Source: Candidatus Thalassarchaeaceae archaeon
Lineage (GTDB): Archaea > Thermoplasmatota > Poseidoniia > Poseidoniales > Thalassarchaeaceae
DNA: 27,269 nt
Assembly: GCA_030747675.1 (NCBI GenBank)
Contig: JASLKH010000091.1
Coordinates: 1 to 27,269 of the forward strand
Reading direction: 5' to 3'
Shown: positions 25,770-27,269 of the stretch, piece by piece
Position numbering within the stretch: position 1 is the first letter of the stretch
How the letters are laid out: the number at the start of each line of letters is the position of its first letter
The notes under the pieces: model-generated
Database searches by the model: none
What the model was told of the DNA's origin: nothing
Seen by the model: the letters and a program-made list of their open reading frames with translations, nothing else
Program-made: the position numbers and the translations under genes

Positions 25770-26746
25770 CTAAGAAATTTAGAGTTAACCAATGTTGAAG
25801 GCTTCTGACCTTTCAACGCAATGATCACTTCGTGTGCAATATCAATTCCAACTCTATGTTGTGCCTCTAATGTTGCTGCTCCGATATGAGGGGTCCCGTG
25901 GAAATTTTCATGTTGAATTAGTGGAGAATTTTTAGGGACAGGTTCGATTTCAAACACATCCAAAGCTGCACTAGCAATTGTACCGTTTTCCAATGCAGAC
26001 AATAGTGCATCCTCATCTACAATACCGCCGCGTGCACAATTTACAATGTGATTGCCACAATTGATCCCACCTTTTTTACCGGGCATCATTTTCATGCGCT
26101 TCTCATTTACCAAATGATGTGTTTCTTCAGTGAGATTACAATGAACAGAAATGTGGGTACAGGTCTTGAATAGGGAGTCTACTTTTTTGTGTAAATATGC
26201 ACCTTGGGCTTTGGCTACCTTTGGAGGCAAGTATGGGTCATAAGTATGAATTTCCATGCCAAGAGAGGTGGCTACTTTTGCAACGCCTTGAGCAATCCTT
26301 CCAAATCCAATCAGACCCAAGCACTTTCCGGAAAGTTCTGTTCCCTTCATTGCTTTCTTTTCCCACTTATTTTGCCTCATACTTCTGTCGGATTTTAGGA
26401 TATGCCGCACAGATGCCAAAAGATGACCAATGGTTAACTCGACTACTGACTGGGTTGAAGCATTAGGAGCATTAACCACCATGATTCCCACTGAACCTGC
26501 TGCTTCGAGGTCGATATTATCAACACCTACTCCGGCCCGACCAATGACAGAAAGTCCTTGACTGACCTCGATTACATCTGCTGTCAACTTCGTCGCACTG
26601 CGAACAATAATTGCATCAAAACCCTCTAGTGCGCCAGATAACAAATCTGATTTTCCTATGGACCCCAGTACTACTTCATGGCCAGCTTTTTCTAAGACCG
26701 CTACAGCAGCCGGCGCCATACCGTCCGTCACAGCAATTCGTGCCAT
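25766..26746 (-). CDS. serA: D-isomer-specific 2-hydroxyacid dehydrogenase, D-3-phosphoglycerate dehydrogenase-like (short form, no ACT domain)
   Basis: IVRSATK, GRAGVGVDNID, NAPNAS, GLIGFGRIA, NCARGGIVDE, ALDVFEIEP and TPHIGAAT.EAQ.RVG. ATG 26746 (track start 26830 is an over-extension). Substrate specificity is not proven. Confidence 0.8.
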   Translation of the reverse strand: MARIAVTDGMAPAAVAVLEKAGHEVVLGSIGKSDLLSGALEGFDAIIVRSATKLTADVIEVSQGLSVIGRAGVGVDNIDLEAAGSVGIMVVNAPNASTQSVVELTIGHLLASVRHILKSDRSMRQNKWEKKAMKGTELSGKCLGLIGFGRIAQGVAKVATSLGMEIHTYDPYLPPKVAKAQGAYLHKKVDSLFKTCTHISVHCNLTEETHHLVNEKRMKMMPGKKGGINCGNHIVNCARGGIVDEDALLSALENGTIASAALDVFEIEPVPKNSPLIQHENFHGTPHIGAATLEAQHRVGIDIAHEVIIALKGQKPSTLVNSKFLS

Positions 26747-26810
26747 TATCGGCAGTTCAGACGGAGTCCCTCCATGAACATTCTTGAGGGGTAGGCCTAC
26801 ACGGTGTAAT

Positions 26811-27269
26811 ATGGCCTCAACTCTCGACATCGGGAATTTGTTGTGGGCTATCGGAATTTTGGCGCTTCCAGTTCTGCTTGCTTTGCCGGCAAAATTACTC
26901 TACCAAACCGTGATTTTAGGAGTAGGGCCTGCTGAGAGAAATTACAGATCAACAGTACAGAAAATTCTTGATTCTGGAATGCAAGTTGAACATTTTCGTG
27001 AAGTCCTAGACGATGAGTCGAGAAGATTGGGAATCAAGGCTAGTAAAGCCAAACTGAATGAAACAGATATGTTGTATCCGCTTACAATTACTCACTTCTT
27101 GTTAGTTCCAATGATATTCATTCTACCTGTCGTAGCAATCGCCACCCTACCAATCATCATTCTTGGAATCCCAGTTCTATACCTGTTGGAAGTATTGTTG
27201 ATTCGTAGAAAATTATTGATTAATGCAATCAAATTGCTTGAAACTTGGTTTGGAAAACAAATTATTCAC
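26811..27269 (+). CDS. 3'-truncated hypothetical membrane protein (missing from the ORF track)
   Basis: ATG 26811 opens a stop-free frame to the window end (153 codons: MASTLDIGNLLWAIGILALPVLLALPAKLLYQ...LLVPMIFILPVVAIATLPIIILGIPVLYLLEVLLI...) with several TM segments. Confidence 0.8.
   Translation, partial: MASTLDIGNLLWAIGILALPVLLALPAKLLYQTVILGVGPAERNYRSTVQKILDSGMQVEHFREVLDDESRRLGIKASKAKLNETDMLYPLTITHFLLVPMIFILPVVAIATLPIIILGIPVLYLLEVLLIRRKLLINAIKLLETWFGKQIIH

Noticed and set aside
25766-26830. ORF-track N-terminal extensions of serA (26830), dinB (25145), pepP (6581), valS (21498) and AlaAT (17979)
   Set aside because: The extensions overlap neighbouring genes or divergent promoters and precede the family N-terminal motifs, so downstream starts were preferred.
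1-27269. tRNA/rRNA genes, IS elements, integrases or compositional islands
   Set aside because: Intergenic gaps are too short and lack cloverleaf or rRNA signatures. There is no transposase or integrase ORF, and base composition looks uniform by eye.

Overview
A gene-dense archaeal chromosomal segment of about 17 CDSs, with intergenic gaps of roughly 0-135 bp and GC in the low 40s % (estimated by eye). Gene content, archaeal-type ValS/GlyA, an LSGC-LG lipobox and abundant DxDxDG Ca-binding surface proteins suggest Marine Group II (Poseidoniales); this assignment is an inference. Housekeeping and amino-acid genes: mqnC, pepP, glyA, an AlaAT-like aminotransferase, valS, dinB, a serA-like dehydrogenase, an EVE protein and an MMPL/RND transporter. 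These are interleaved with large uncharacterised envelope proteins. Most interesting: (1) a lipid-anchored, TSP3-repeat, PNGase F-like enzyme with an apparently intact catalytic set; (2) a 1031-aa Ca-binding repeat protein carrying a Lys-less biotinyl/lipoyl-like domain, heading a tightly coupled operon with a PKD protein, pepP and mqnC; (3) a tandem V4R/Bet3-like protein coupled to glyA; (4) an RND transporter that has reciprocally lost one of its two Asp-Tyr proton-relay pairs. I found no rRNA, tRNA, CRISPR array or mobile element. All domain calls come from motif recognition by eye, not database searches.
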